A program made the translations under genes and the position numbers. 64,000 nt of DNA from the NCBI GenBank assembly GCA_003220935.1, contig QHTT01000072.1, positions 577 to 64,576 of the forward strand, given 5' to 3'. This stretch comes from Gemmatimonadota bacterium (lineage in GTDB: Bacteria > Gemmatimonadota > Gemmatimonadetes > Gemmatimonadales > GWC2-71-9). Positions 33,621 to 43,139 of this stretch are shown here, in pieces (within the stretch, counting starts at the first letter, position 1; the number at the start of each line of letters is the position of its first letter). A model generated the notes under the pieces. That model searched no databases, had not been told where the DNA came from, and was given only the letters and a program-made list of their open reading frames with translations.

Positions 33621-35576
33621 TTAACGAATCGCCGGCACGAGCGCTCTCGTCTGGAGCTCTTCTGACAGGCGCGCGACGAACTGGGCGACCGGCAGCACGA
33701 CCTGTTTCTGCCCCGCCCCCCGTACCCGCACCGCGACCGTCCCGGCATCCGCCTCCCGCTGCCCCACGACCGCCATATACGGCACCTTGTGCGTCTCGCC
33801 GTCGCGGATCTTGTAGTTCAGCGTCTCGTTGCGCTCGTCCACGTGCGCACGGAGGCCTGCGGCCGCGATCTGCTGTTGCACAGCGCGTGCCGCGGGAATC
33901 TGGGCGTCCGAGATCGGCAGCACCCGTACCTGCTCGGGGGCGAGCCACAGCGGAAACGCTCCGGCGAAGTGCTCGATCAGAAAGCCGCAGAACCGCTCCA
34001 GCGTGCCGTAGATCGCGCGGTGGATCATCACCGGGCGGTGCGGCCTGTTGTCCTCGCCCGCGTACTCGAGCTGGAAGCGTTCGGGCTGTTCGAAGTCGAG
34101 CTGGATCGTCGCACCCTGCCACTCCCGGCCGATGGCGTCGTTGAACTTGACGTCGATCTTTGGTCCGTAGAACGCGCCGCCGCCCTGATCGATGCGGTAG
34201 GTAGCGCCGCGGTGCTTGAGCGCCTGCTCGAGCGCCCGCTCTGCCTGATCCCAGGTCGCATCCGTGCCGAGCTTCTTCTCGGGGCGGGTCGCGAGGTCGA
34301 GCCGGTAGGACAGCCCGAATGTCTTGCCGAGCACCAACTCGACAATGTCGAGCAGCTGAAAGATCTCTTGCTCGATCTGGTCCTCGCGCAGGAAGATGTG
34401 CGCGTCGTCCATCGTGAGCCCGCGCACCCGCAGCATCCCGTGCAAGGTCCCCGAGCGCTCGTTGCGATACACGTTGGCGATCTCCGCGAGGCGAATCGGC
34501 AGGTCGCGGTAGCTGCGCTGCTGCGCGGCGTAGATCAGGATGTGCATCGGGCAGTTCATCGGCTTCACCCGGTAGTGCACGCCCTCCCCCTCGCCTTCGC
34601 CCGCGGCCATGGGCGGGAACTGGTTCGCCGCGTACAGCGGCAGATGCCCCGAGCGCAAGAACAGCTCTTCGCGCGTCAGGTTGGGCGTGTACACGAGCTG
34701 GTAGCCGCGCTCGAGGATCACGTCCTCGATGAAGCGCCGCAGCTGGAACTGCATCATCGCGCCCTTGGGGTGCCAGAAGATCAGCCCCGGTCCGACGTCC
34801 TCCTGGATCGAGAACAGGTCGAGCTGCCGGCCCAGCAGGCGGTGGTCGCGCTTCTTCGCCTCCTCGAGGCGCCGCAGGTACGCCTCGAGGTCGTCCTTGG
34901 TGAACCACGCCGTCCCGTAGATGCGCTGCAGCATCTGGCGGCGCTCGTCGCCGCGCCAGTAGGCGCCCGCCGCGTGCAGCAGCTTGAAGTGTTTGATCTT
35001 CCCCGTGCTCGCGACGTGGGGCCCGCGGCACAGGTCGACGAACGGGCCGTCGGTATAGACGGAGATCACCTCGTTCGGGCCCAGGTCCTCGATGCGCTCG
35101 AGCTTGAGCGGGTCGTCGGCGAAGCGGCGCTTCGCCTCCGCCCGGTCTACCTCCTCGCGTACAAAGGGGTAGTCGGCCCGTACCACCTCGTGCATCTTGG
35201 CCTCGATCCGCTCCAGATCCTCGGGCGTGAACGGTGTCGGCACCTCGAAGTCGTAGTAGAAGCCGTCCTCGATGGGAGGCCCGAACCCGATCTTCGCGTG
35301 GGGGAAGAGCTGGCGCACCGCCGTGGCGAGCACGTGGGCGGAGGAGTGGCGCAGCACGTCGAGCGCCTGCCGGTCGCGCTCGGTGAGGATCGCGACCGTG
35401 ACGCCGTCGGGGAGGCGGCGCGTGAGGTCCCAGACCTGGCCGTCCACGCGCGCCGCCACGGCGGCCTTGGCGAGGCCCGGGCCGATCGCCTGCGCGAGGT
35501 CGGCGCCGGTCGCGCCCACGGGCAACCGTTTCTCGCTCCCGTCGGGGAGCGTGACGCGGACTTCGGCAGCGGCCAT
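33621..35576 (-). CDS. thrS: Threonine--tRNA ligase
   Basis: TGS domain, RHSSAH, DLCRGPH, KPMNCP, IHRAIYG. Confidence 0.98.
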   Translation of the reverse strand: MAAAEVRVTLPDGSEKRLPVGATGADLAQAIGPGLAKAAVAARVDGQVWDLTRRLPDGVTVAILTERDRQALDVLRHSSAHVLATAVRQLFPHAKIGFGPPIEDGFYYDFEVPTPFTPEDLERIEAKMHEVVRADYPFVREEVDRAEAKRRFADDPLKLERIEDLGPNEVISVYTDGPFVDLCRGPHVASTGKIKHFKLLHAAGAYWRGDERRQMLQRIYGTAWFTKDDLEAYLRRLEEAKKRDHRLLGRQLDLFSIQEDVGPGLIFWHPKGAMMQFQLRRFIEDVILERGYQLVYTPNLTREELFLRSGHLPLYAANQFPPMAAGEGEGEGVHYRVKPMNCPMHILIYAAQQRSYRDLPIRLAEIANVYRNERSGTLHGMLRVRGLTMDDAHIFLREDQIEQEIFQLLDIVELVLGKTFGLSYRLDLATRPEKKLGTDATWDQAERALEQALKHRGATYRIDQGGGAFYGPKIDVKFNDAIGREWQGATIQLDFEQPERFQLEYAGEDNRPHRPVMIHRAIYGTLERFCGFLIEHFAGAFPLWLAPEQVRVLPISDAQIPAARAVQQQIAAAGLRAHVDERNETLNYKIRDGETHKVPYMAVVGQREADAGTVAVRVRGAGQKQVVLPVAQFVARLSEELQTRALVPAIR

Positions 35577-35580
35577 CGAA

Positions 35581-35742
35581 TCAGTTCGGAGGCTGGTCAG
35601 CCGGCGCAGTCGGGGAGGCCGTGAGCGGCGGGAGCGTGCGGGCGTCGCGGAAGTACAGCGCGACGGCGAGCACGATCAGCGCGCCGATCGCAAGCCAGCG
35701 CACGATGCGACTCGTGGGTAAGACGTTGGATTCGTCGGCCAT
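35581..35742 (-). CDS. Small single-TM protein (53 aa), not in the ORF track
   Basis: MADESNVLPTSRIVRWLAIGALIVLAVALYFRDARTLPPLTASPTAPADQPPN*; stops 4 nt before the thrS start. Confidence 0.65.
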   Translation of the reverse strand: MADESNVLPTSRIVRWLAIGALIVLAVALYFRDARTLPPLTASPTAPADQPPN

Positions 35743-35793
35743 GGGGGATATTCTAGTGTGGCGGCGGACGGGCGGACAGGCGGGCCCGATGCT

Positions 35794-35893
35794 GTTCGCA
35801 TCCTGAAGGATGGGCTCGGCACGGCGCTGTGCTGAAGCACATCCCCGTCCTTCGGGACAGTGTCCCGCCGAGCCCAGGCTTCAGCCTGGGAAC
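35794..35893 (+). repeat. Structured dispersed repeat, copy A (complete, two inner hairpins)
   Basis: gttcg-catcc tgaa ggatg-g-gctcggc-acggcgct...agtgtccc-gccgagc-c-caggc ttca gcctg-ggaac. Confidence 0.85.
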
Positions 35894-35939
35894 CTCCGAG
35901 CGGAACCCGCTACATCAGAACTCTCTACATTATTAAGGA

Positions 35940-38687
35940 ATGCCGCAGACCGCGTTCGACCTCCCCCCTCAGTACGACCCGCACGACGTCGAGCGCCGGC
36001 TGTATCAGCGCTGGCTCGACCGCGGGGTGTTCACCGCCCGCGTCGACTCGTCACACGAGCCGTACGTAATCGTCATGCCGCCGCCCAACATCACGGCGAT
36101 CCTCCACACGGGCCAGGGCCTCAACAACGTTATCCAGGATGTGCTGATCCGCTTCGAACGCATGCGCGGCCGCGAGGCACTGTGGCTTCCTGGCACCGAC
36201 CATGCTGGGATCGCCACCCAGAACGTCGTCGAGCGGCTGGTCACAAAGGAGGGCAAGACTCGCTTCGACCTCGGGCGAGACACGTTCGTCGAGCGCGTGT
36301 GGCGGTTCGTGCGCGAGACCGGCTCCACCATCCTGGAGCAGCTCAAGGTGATCGGGTGCTCGTGCGACTGGAGCCGCACGCGCTTCACGTTCGACGACGC
36401 CTACTCGCGCGCGGTGCGCGAAGTGTTCGTGCGCCTCTGGGAAGAAAAGCTGATCTACCGCGGTCACCGGGTGATCCATTGGTGCCCGCACTGCCGCACT
36501 GCCCTCTCGGACGAAGAGGCCGAGTTCGCCGACCAAGCGGGCACGCTCTATCACATCCGCTACCCTGTCGAGGGCGGCCCGGCGCCGTTTCTCACAGTCG
36601 CCACGACGCGTCCCGAGACCATGCTCGGGGACACCGCGGTAGCCGTGAACCCGAAGGACAAACGGCACAAGGGCTTCATCGGCAAGACGGCTCGCCTCCC
36701 GATCGCAGGCCTACCGATCCCGATCATCGGGGACGACGCCGTGGACCCGGCCTTCGGAACGGGGTTCGTGAAGGTGACGCCGGCGCACGACGCCAACGAC
36801 TTCGAGATCGGCACGCGCCACAAGCTCGAGATGCCGCTCATCATGCGGGAAGACGGCACCATGGGGGAAGAGCCGGGGAAGCGAGAAGGGGAAAGGGTCC
36901 CCCCGTCCCTCCGTGGGCTCGACCGGTTCGAGGCGCGCGAAAAGATTGTCGAGATGCTCAAGGAGCAAGGGCTGCTCGAGAAGGTCGAGCCGCACACGCA
37001 TGCGGTGCGCCATTGTTATCGCTGCGACACGATCGTCGAGCCGCGGCTCAGCGATCAGTGGTTCGTGAAGATGCAGCCGCTCGCTGAGCCGGTCCTCGCG
37101 CAGTACCGCCAGCAGCGCTTCCAGATCGTCCCTGAGCGCTGGCACGCGACGTTCGAGAACTGGATGGAGAACATCCGGGACTGGAACATTTCCCGGCAGC
37201 TGTGGTGGGGCCACCGCATCCCGGTGTTCACCTGCACCCAGTGCCGCCACCAGTGGGCCGACCGGAAGGACCCGACGACGTGCCCCAAGTGCGGCGGGCC
37301 GGTGGAGCAGGATCCGGACGTGCTCGACACCTGGTTCTCGTCGTGGCTCTGGCCGTTCGCGACGCTCGGCTGGCCGGAGGAGACGCCGGACCTCGCGCGC
37401 TTCTACCCGGGCCACACACTGGTCACCGCGCCGGAGATCCTGTTTTTCTGGGTAGCCCGGATGCTGATGTCCGGCTACCACTTCATGGAGCGCCAGCTGC
37501 CGTTCACGAAGGTGTACTTGCACGGGACCGTGCGCGACACCCAGCATCGCAAGATGTCCAAGTCGCTGGGCAACGGGATCGACCCGCTCGACGTGGTGCG
37601 CTTGTACGGCGCCGACGCGCTGCGCTGGACGCTGATCGCCGGCAGCTCGCTCGGCGCAGACGTGATCCTCGACCCGAACGATCTGGAGACGACGTTCGCC
37701 CCGGGCCGCAACTTTGCGAACAAGGTCTGGAACATCGGCCGCTTCATCCTGGCGCAGCTGCCAGAGCGGGTCCAGTCGATCGATGCGCTCGATGTGCCGC
37801 GCTTGCCGCTCGCGGACCGCTGGATCCTGTCGCGGCTGCAGGCGACGATCCGCGAGACCACCGCGTCGTTCGAGCAGTTCCGGCTGGACGAGGGAGCGAA
37901 GCGGTGCTTCGAGTTCGCCTGGAAGGAGCTGGCGGACTGGTACGTGGAGGCCGTCAAGCCGCGACTGGCTGCGGTCACCGGAGCGGAGGCCTCCCTGCGC
38001 GACAAAAATACGCAGTCGCTACGGGAGGCCTCCGCTCCGGTGTCCGCGGCCGTGCTCGCCTACTGCTTCGACACGGTGTTGCGGCTGCTGCATCCCGTCG
38101 TGCCGTTCATCACCGAAGAGCTGTGGCAAAAGCTGCCCGGCCGGACCGCGGACGAGCTGCTGGTGGTGGCGGCGTGGCCGGCGCCGCGCGCCGCCCTCGC
38201 GGACGCCGCGGCGGATCAGCAGTTCCCGCTGGTGCAGGAAACGATCTCGTCGATCCGGATGCTGCGTGCCGAGTACCGGGTGCCCCCGAAGGCACGCCTC
38301 GCGGCGTCGGTGCAGCCGAAGAGCGAGCGGGTGCGTCGCGCGCTGGCAGGAGAGCGGGAGACGATCTTGCGGCTCGCTCAGCTGTCCGAGCTCACCTTCG
38401 ACGGCACGCACAGCAGCGTGGGCGCGCACGCGGTGCTAGCCGACGGCAGCGACGTGTTCGTGGCGCTGGAGGGCGAGATCGACGTGCAGCAGGAGTGCCG
38501 CCGCCTCTCGAGCGACCTGAGCCGGCTCGACCAGCAGCTTACCGGGCTCGCGGCGAAGCTCACCAACCAGAATTTCGTCGCGCGGGCGCCCGCCGAGGTG
38601 GTCGCCAAGGAGCGCGAGAAGGAGCGGGCGTGGCGCGACCAGCGGCAGGCGCTGGCCGACAAGCTCAAGTCGCTCGGCTGCTCGTAG
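35940..38687 (+). CDS. valS: Valine--tRNA ligase
   Basis: PPPNIT..LHTGQ (HIGH variant), DWNISRQLWWGH, KMSKS, C-terminal coiled coil. Confidence 0.97.
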   Translation: MPQTAFDLPPQYDPHDVERRLYQRWLDRGVFTARVDSSHEPYVIVMPPPNITAILHTGQGLNNVIQDVLIRFERMRGREALWLPGTDHAGIATQNVVERLVTKEGKTRFDLGRDTFVERVWRFVRETGSTILEQLKVIGCSCDWSRTRFTFDDAYSRAVREVFVRLWEEKLIYRGHRVIHWCPHCRTALSDEEAEFADQAGTLYHIRYPVEGGPAPFLTVATTRPETMLGDTAVAVNPKDKRHKGFIGKTARLPIAGLPIPIIGDDAVDPAFGTGFVKVTPAHDANDFEIGTRHKLEMPLIMREDGTMGEEPGKREGERVPPSLRGLDRFEAREKIVEMLKEQGLLEKVEPHTHAVRHCYRCDTIVEPRLSDQWFVKMQPLAEPVLAQYRQQRFQIVPERWHATFENWMENIRDWNISRQLWWGHRIPVFTCTQCRHQWADRKDPTTCPKCGGPVEQDPDVLDTWFSSWLWPFATLGWPEETPDLARFYPGHTLVTAPEILFFWVARMLMSGYHFMERQLPFTKVYLHGTVRDTQHRKMSKSLGNGIDPLDVVRLYGADALRWTLIAGSSLGADVILDPNDLETTFAPGRNFANKVWNIGRFILAQLPERVQSIDALDVPRLPLADRWILSRLQATIRETTASFEQFRLDEGAKRCFEFAWKELADWYVEAVKPRLAAVTGAEASLRDKNTQSLREASAPVSAAVLAYCFDTVLRLLHPVVPFITEELWQKLPGRTADELLVVAAWPAPRAALADAAADQQFPLVQETISSIRMLRAEYRVPPKARLAASVQPKSERVRRALAGERETILRLAQLSELTFDGTHSSVGAHAVLADGSDVFVALEGEIDVQQECRRLSSDLSRLDQQLTGLAAKLTNQNFVARAPAEVVAKEREKERAWRDQRQALADKLKSLGCS
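37976..38042. repeat. 20-bp perfect inverted repeat inserted in frame in valS
   Basis: caccggagcggaggcctccc ... gggaggcctccgctccggtg. Confidence 0.85.
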
Positions 38688-39970
38688 TCGCCGGGCTGGG
38701 CGCGTGCGCCAACCAGGGCCCACCGCCGGGCGGGCCGCCCGACAAGGCGCCGCCCCAGGTGGTGCGGTTCGTTCCCGAGTCCGGGGCAGTGCTCCCCGGC
38801 TTCAAGGGCGACGCTGTCATCCAGTTCGACGAAGTGATCGACGAGATGCCAGGCGGTGGAGCGCGTGGTGGAGGGGGCGGCGGCGGAGGGGGAGCGGCCC
38901 CGGTGAACGGGCTCGCAGGCCAGATCGTGCTCTCGCCGGTCGCGGGCGACGTGCACGTGTCGTGGCACCGCAGCGCGATCCATGTGAAGCCAGCCGAAGG
39001 GTGGAAGCCGAACCGTGTGTATCACCTCGAGCTGCTCCCCGGCATCGTCGACCTGCGGCGCAACATCCTGAAGCAGGGGAAGACCGCGATCTTCTCGACC
39101 GGTGCTCCCCTCCCCCACGCCGCTCTGGCGGGAACCGTGCTGCAATGGGTCGAGCAACGGGCGCTGGCGGGGGCGGTGATCCGCGCGGCGCCGCTGCCCG
39201 ACACCGTCGCATACGTCACCGTCGCCGACTCGGCGGGCGACTTCCACTTGAGCGACATCCCGCGGGCGCGCTACCGCGTCTGGGCAATCCAAGACCAAAA
39301 CAGCAACCGCCAGCTCGACCGGCGTGAGCCGTTCGACTCGACCACGGTCGCGATCGATTCGTCCGGGAGCGCAGTGCTGTGGGTGTTCGCCCACGACACC
39401 GTGGGGCCGCGCATCCGCGGCGTCGATGCGGTGGACTCGCTCGCCTGTCGCATCCAGTTCACGGCGCCGCTCGATCCGCGCCGGCCGCTGGACGCGGCGC
39501 AGGTGCGGCTGTACGCGCTGCCCGACACGACCCCGGTGGCAGTGCGGGCGCTGTTCACCACCGCACAGTACGACTCGCTGCAGGCGAAGGCCCGAGCCAG
39601 CGCGGATTCCGTGCGCCGTGCGAAAGACACGACCGCTCGCCGCGACACGGTGCGCGCGGGAGCGGCACGTCCGCCCGCGGCAGCCCGGCGGGCACCCGCG
39701 CTTCCCGGGGAGGCAGCTCCGCGCGCAGCGGCAGCCGACACGACGAAGGTCCGCCAGCTGCTCAAGCAGCGCCCCGTGCCCTTCGACCGCGTGGTCCTGC
39801 AGGCCGCGCGGCCGCTCACGCCAGGCTCGAAGTACCTGATCCGCTTCCACGGCGCGACCAATCTGAACGGTGCCGCCGCGGACGCGCAGGGAGTGCTGAC
39901 CGTTCCGGTGCCGAAGCCGGCCGCCCGGGACACCACCCGGGCGCCGCGCGACACCTCGAAGTCGCCATGA
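38630..39970 (+). CDS. Ig-like-domain lipoprotein
   Basis: LGAC lipobox followed by ANQGPPPGGPPDKAPP; F-FDE; GTG start with aaggag RBS overlapping the valS 3' end. Confidence 0.75.
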   Translation: MARPAAGAGRQAQVARLLVVAGLGACANQGPPPGGPPDKAPPQVVRFVPESGAVLPGFKGDAVIQFDEVIDEMPGGGARGGGGGGGGGAAPVNGLAGQIVLSPVAGDVHVSWHRSAIHVKPAEGWKPNRVYHLELLPGIVDLRRNILKQGKTAIFSTGAPLPHAALAGTVLQWVEQRALAGAVIRAAPLPDTVAYVTVADSAGDFHLSDIPRARYRVWAIQDQNSNRQLDRREPFDSTTVAIDSSGSAVLWVFAHDTVGPRIRGVDAVDSLACRIQFTAPLDPRRPLDAAQVRLYALPDTTPVAVRALFTTAQYDSLQAKARASADSVRRAKDTTARRDTVRAGAARPPAAARRAPALPGEAAPRAAAADTTKVRQLLKQRPVPFDRVVLQAARPLTPGSKYLIRFHGATNLNGAAADAQGVLTVPVPKPAARDTTRAPRDTSKSP

Positions 39971-41322
39971 CCGACCCGCGCCGCCGGTTGCCCGCCGTAG
40001 AGGCGTTGCTCGCCGAGCCCGACGTGGCGGCGCTGCTCGCGGCTCACCCCCGCAGTCTCGTGTTGCGCGCCGTGCGGGAGACGATCGACGTCGCGCGCGC
40101 CAACGGCGGGACGGCGCCGCCTGAGGGGTGGGGCCGGGCGGTGCTCGCGAAGGTACGGCGCCTCGCCGCGCCGTCGTTCGGCCCGGTGATCAACGCGGCC
40201 GGCGTAGTGCTGCACACGAACCTCGGCCGAGCGCCGCTCGCACGTCCGGCGATCGAGGCGATGGCGCGCATCGCGGGCGCGTACTCGAACCTCGAATACG
40301 ACCTCGCACGGGGCGCGCGCGGCTCACGCCACGGCCTCTGCCGCGGGCTCCTCACCGAGCTCACGGGCGCGGAAGACGCGCTCGTCGTGAACAACGCGGC
40401 CAGCGCGCTGCTGCTCGCGCTCTCGGGCCTGGCCCGCGACGGCGACGCGGTCGTGTCACGCGGCGAGCTGGTGGAGATCGGCGGGGCGTTCCGCATCCCC
40501 GACATCATGGCCCGCTCTGGCGCGAAGCTCGTCGAGGTGGGAACCACGAACCGCACGCACCCCAAGGACTATGAGGGCGCCATCGGCCCCGCGACGCGCC
40601 TGCTCCTCAAGGTGCACCGCTCCAACTTCCGGGTGACGGGCTTCACGAGCGAAGTGCCCGCGCGCGACATCGCCGCCATGGCGCGCGGCGCCGGGATCGC
40701 GAGCCTGTTCGATCTGGGCAGCGGCCTGCTGCTCGACCTCTCCGCTTGGGGGCTTGCGGGAGAGCCAAGCGTCGGCGAGGCGCTGGCGAGCGGCGTCGAC
40801 GCGGTCGTCTTCTCCGGCGACAAGCTGCTCGGTGGCCCGCAGGCCGGGATCCTGCTCGGCACGAAGCCGGCGATCGACGCTTGCCGCACCGATCCGCTCG
40901 CCCGGGCAGTCCGGTCCGATAAGTTCACCCTGGCCGCGCTCGAAGCGACGCTGGCGCTCTATCGCGATCCGGAGATCGCCCGGCGTGAAATACCGGTACT
41001 CCGGATGCTGACCGAAGACGTCACGCAGATACGTCGACGCGCAGAAGCGTTGCACAAAGGCGTGGGCAAAGGTTCGGACGTAATCGAGGGAGAATCGGAA
41101 GTCGGCGGCGGTTCGTTCCCAGGCAAGACCCTCAAGACGTGGTTGGTTCAGCTGACGTCTGACCACCTGACGTCTGAGGTCTTGGCCGCGCGGCTCCGAG
41201 CGACGGACCCGCCCGTCATTGTTCGCATCGCCGACGACCACGTCGTCCTCGACCCGCGGACCATCTTCCCCGACCAGATCGAGCAGGTCGCCCGCGCGGT
41301 CCGCGCCGCCTTGGATGCCTGA
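39967..41322 (+). CDS. selA: L-seryl-tRNA(Sec) selenium transferase
   Basis: VINAAGVVLHTNLGRAPL, VNNAA, GELVEIGG, EVGTTNRT, FSGDKLLGGPQAG. Confidence 0.93.
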   Translation: MTDPRRRLPAVEALLAEPDVAALLAAHPRSLVLRAVRETIDVARANGGTAPPEGWGRAVLAKVRRLAAPSFGPVINAAGVVLHTNLGRAPLARPAIEAMARIAGAYSNLEYDLARGARGSRHGLCRGLLTELTGAEDALVVNNAASALLLALSGLARDGDAVVSRGELVEIGGAFRIPDIMARSGAKLVEVGTTNRTHPKDYEGAIGPATRLLLKVHRSNFRVTGFTSEVPARDIAAMARGAGIASLFDLGSGLLLDLSAWGLAGEPSVGEALASGVDAVVFSGDKLLGGPQAGILLGTKPAIDACRTDPLARAVRSDKFTLAALEATLALYRDPEIARREIPVLRMLTEDVTQIRRRAEALHKGVGKGSDVIEGESEVGGGSFPGKTLKTWLVQLTSDHLTSEVLAARLRATDPPVIVRIADDHVVLDPRTIFPDQIEQVARAVRAALDA

Positions 41323-41884
41323 GGGCAAGCACCGCGCGGTGTTCCTGGACCGCGACGGCACGATCGTGGACGACCCGCCCCCCGGCTTCCTGCACGAGCC
41401 GGGGAAGGTGCGCCTGCTTCCCGGCGCTGCCGCCGCGATCCGCCGGCTGAACCAGACGGGCTGGTTGGTGGTGATCGTGACGAACCAGTCGGGGATCGGG
41501 CGCGGGCTGTACGACGAGGCCGCGTACGCCGCAGTGCAGCGCCGGCTGGCGGAGCTGCTCGCCGCGCACAGCGCGCACATCGACGCCGCTTACTTCTGCC
41601 CGCACCATCCGGACGCGGACGGGCCGTGCGACTGTCGCAAGCCGGGGGTGAAGCTGTTCCGCGACGCCCAGGCGGCGTTGGGGATCGACCTCCGGCGCTC
41701 GTACTGGGTGGGCGACCGGTGGCGCGACGTCGCGCCGGCGCGCACCCTCGGCGCAGCCGCCTCGCAGGCGATCCTCGTGCAAACCGGGAGCGGCGCGACC
41801 GACCGGGTCGAGGCCGAGGCGCGTGGGACGACAGTCGTGCCGGACTTGAGCGCCGCGGTCGACCGGATTGTGCAGGGGGAATAG
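41315..41884 (+). CDS. gmhB: HAD IIIA phosphatase, GmhB-like
   Basis: FLDRDGT, VTNQSG, CPHHP...CDCRKP, VGD. Confidence 0.85.
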   Translation: MPEGKHRAVFLDRDGTIVDDPPPGFLHEPGKVRLLPGAAAAIRRLNQTGWLVVIVTNQSGIGRGLYDEAAYAAVQRRLAELLAAHSAHIDAAYFCPHHPDADGPCDCRKPGVKLFRDAQAALGIDLRRSYWVGDRWRDVAPARTLGAAASQAILVQTGSGATDRVEAEARGTTVVPDLSAAVDRIVQGE

Positions 41885-41906
41885 CAACGGCAGATTGCGG
41901 AACGAC

Positions 41907-42404
41907 ATGGAGCGCACCCGCACGGGATTCAAGGTCCGCGTCCTCGCGGCGCTGTGGCTCCTGATGCTGCCCGTCCTCCGCTCCGTTGCAGCACAGCACA
42001 AGCCGTCCCCGCCTCCTCCCGCCGCGCCGCCGACGCCGAAGGGGGCGATCGCGCCCGGGGCCACGATCCGGGACTCGCTCGGAGCCCGCGACCTCGTGCT
42101 CGCGGCCGAGAGCACCTACGCCCAGCCGTGGAGGCTCGCCGGCGCCGCCGGCGAGATCGTCACGATCGACCTCACCTCCGACGCGTTCGACGCGTACGAG
42201 TTCCTGCTCGGCCCCGGCCTCGACCGCCCGCCGCAGGATGACGACTCGGGCGGCCGGTGTAACGCGCGGCTGACGGTGCGACTGCCGCGGACCGGGGACT
42301 ATACGATCGTCGTCACCAGCACCGACAAGTTCGCGACGGGCCCGTTCTCGCTGAGCGTGAGCGTCGGGACGAAGCCCAAGTCGCTCAGCCCCTGCCCGCG
42401 GTGA
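41907..42404 (+). CDS. Secreted PPC-like domain protein
   Basis: Signal peptide; IDLTSDAFDAY...DDDSGG..NARL...TGDYTIVVTS. Confidence 0.7.
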   Translation: MERTRTGFKVRVLAALWLLMLPVLRSVAAQHKPSPPPPAAPPTPKGAIAPGATIRDSLGARDLVLAAESTYAQPWRLAGAAGEIVTIDLTSDAFDAYEFLLGPGLDRPPQDDDSGGRCNARLTVRLPRTGDYTIVVTSTDKFATGPFSLSVSVGTKPKSLSPCPR

Positions 42405-43081
42405 CGCCCCCCCCGGTTCGCCTCGCCGTGCTCGTCTCGGGCGGCGGCACGAACCTGCTCGCCCTGCTCGACGCGCTCGCGGAATCGGGAGTCGCGCGGG
42501 TCGCCGGCGTAATCTCGAGCCGCGCTGACGCCGGCGCGCTGGAGCGAGCCCGCCAGCGGGGCGTGCCCGCCACCGTGCTCTCCGACCCCGCCGACGCCGC
42601 CGAGGTCATCACTAGCCTGGGCGACGCCAACCTCGTCGTCCTGGCCGGCTACTTGAAGCGGGTGCCGTCCGCCGCGGTCGCCCGCTTTGCGCTGCGGATG
42701 ATTAATATCCATCCGGCGCTGCTCCCCGCCTTCGGCGGCCCCGGCATGTACGGGCGCCGCGTGCACGAGCGGGTGCTCGCGAGCGGCGCCGCGATCTCGG
42801 GGGCGACGGTTCACTACGTGGACGAGGAATACGACCACGGGCCGATCATCGCCCAGTGGCCCGTGCCGGTGCGTCCCGGGGACACGCCGGACACGCTCGC
42901 GGCACGCGTGCTCGAGGTGGAGCATCGCTTGCTGCCGCTGGTAGTCCTGGAGTTGGCTCGGAGAGGCATGCCGAGCGTTCCCGTGCGACTGTTTCCCGAT
43001 GCGTCCGCGTTCGCGGCGCAGAACACACTTGCGGTGAGGTTTGTCGATGAGAGTCGACGGCGCGATGGATCCCCATCCTAA
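42401..43081 (+). CDS. purN: Phosphoribosylglycinamide formyltransferase
   Basis: SGGGTNL, LAGY, INIHPALLP, GATVHYV, YDHGPII. Confidence 0.95.
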   Translation: MTPPPVRLAVLVSGGGTNLLALLDALAESGVARVAGVISSRADAGALERARQRGVPATVLSDPADAAEVITSLGDANLVVLAGYLKRVPSAAVARFALRMINIHPALLPAFGGPGMYGRRVHERVLASGAAISGATVHYVDEEYDHGPIIAQWPVPVRPGDTPDTLAARVLEVEHRLLPLVVLELARRGMPSVPVRLFPDASAFAAQNTLAVRFVDESRRRDGSPS

Positions 43082-43133
43082 AGGATGGGCTCGGCCAAGC
43101 ACGACGCTGCAGCGTGCACCGTATGTGCTTGGC
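43069..43133 (+). repeat. Structured dispersed repeat, copy E (left arm and centre only)
   Basis: cccatcc taaa ggatggg ctcggc caagc acgacgct...; the purN stop TAA lies in the loop. Confidence 0.75.
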
Positions 43134-43139
43134 ACCACG

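Noticed and set aside
35794-35893. tRNA-Sec, SRP RNA, 6S RNA or T-box, considered because selA and two aaRS genes are nearby
   Set aside because: No T-arm TTCRA, no 7-nt anticodon loop, no SRP domain IV motif and no T-box motif. Homologous copies elsewhere in the window show it is a repeat.
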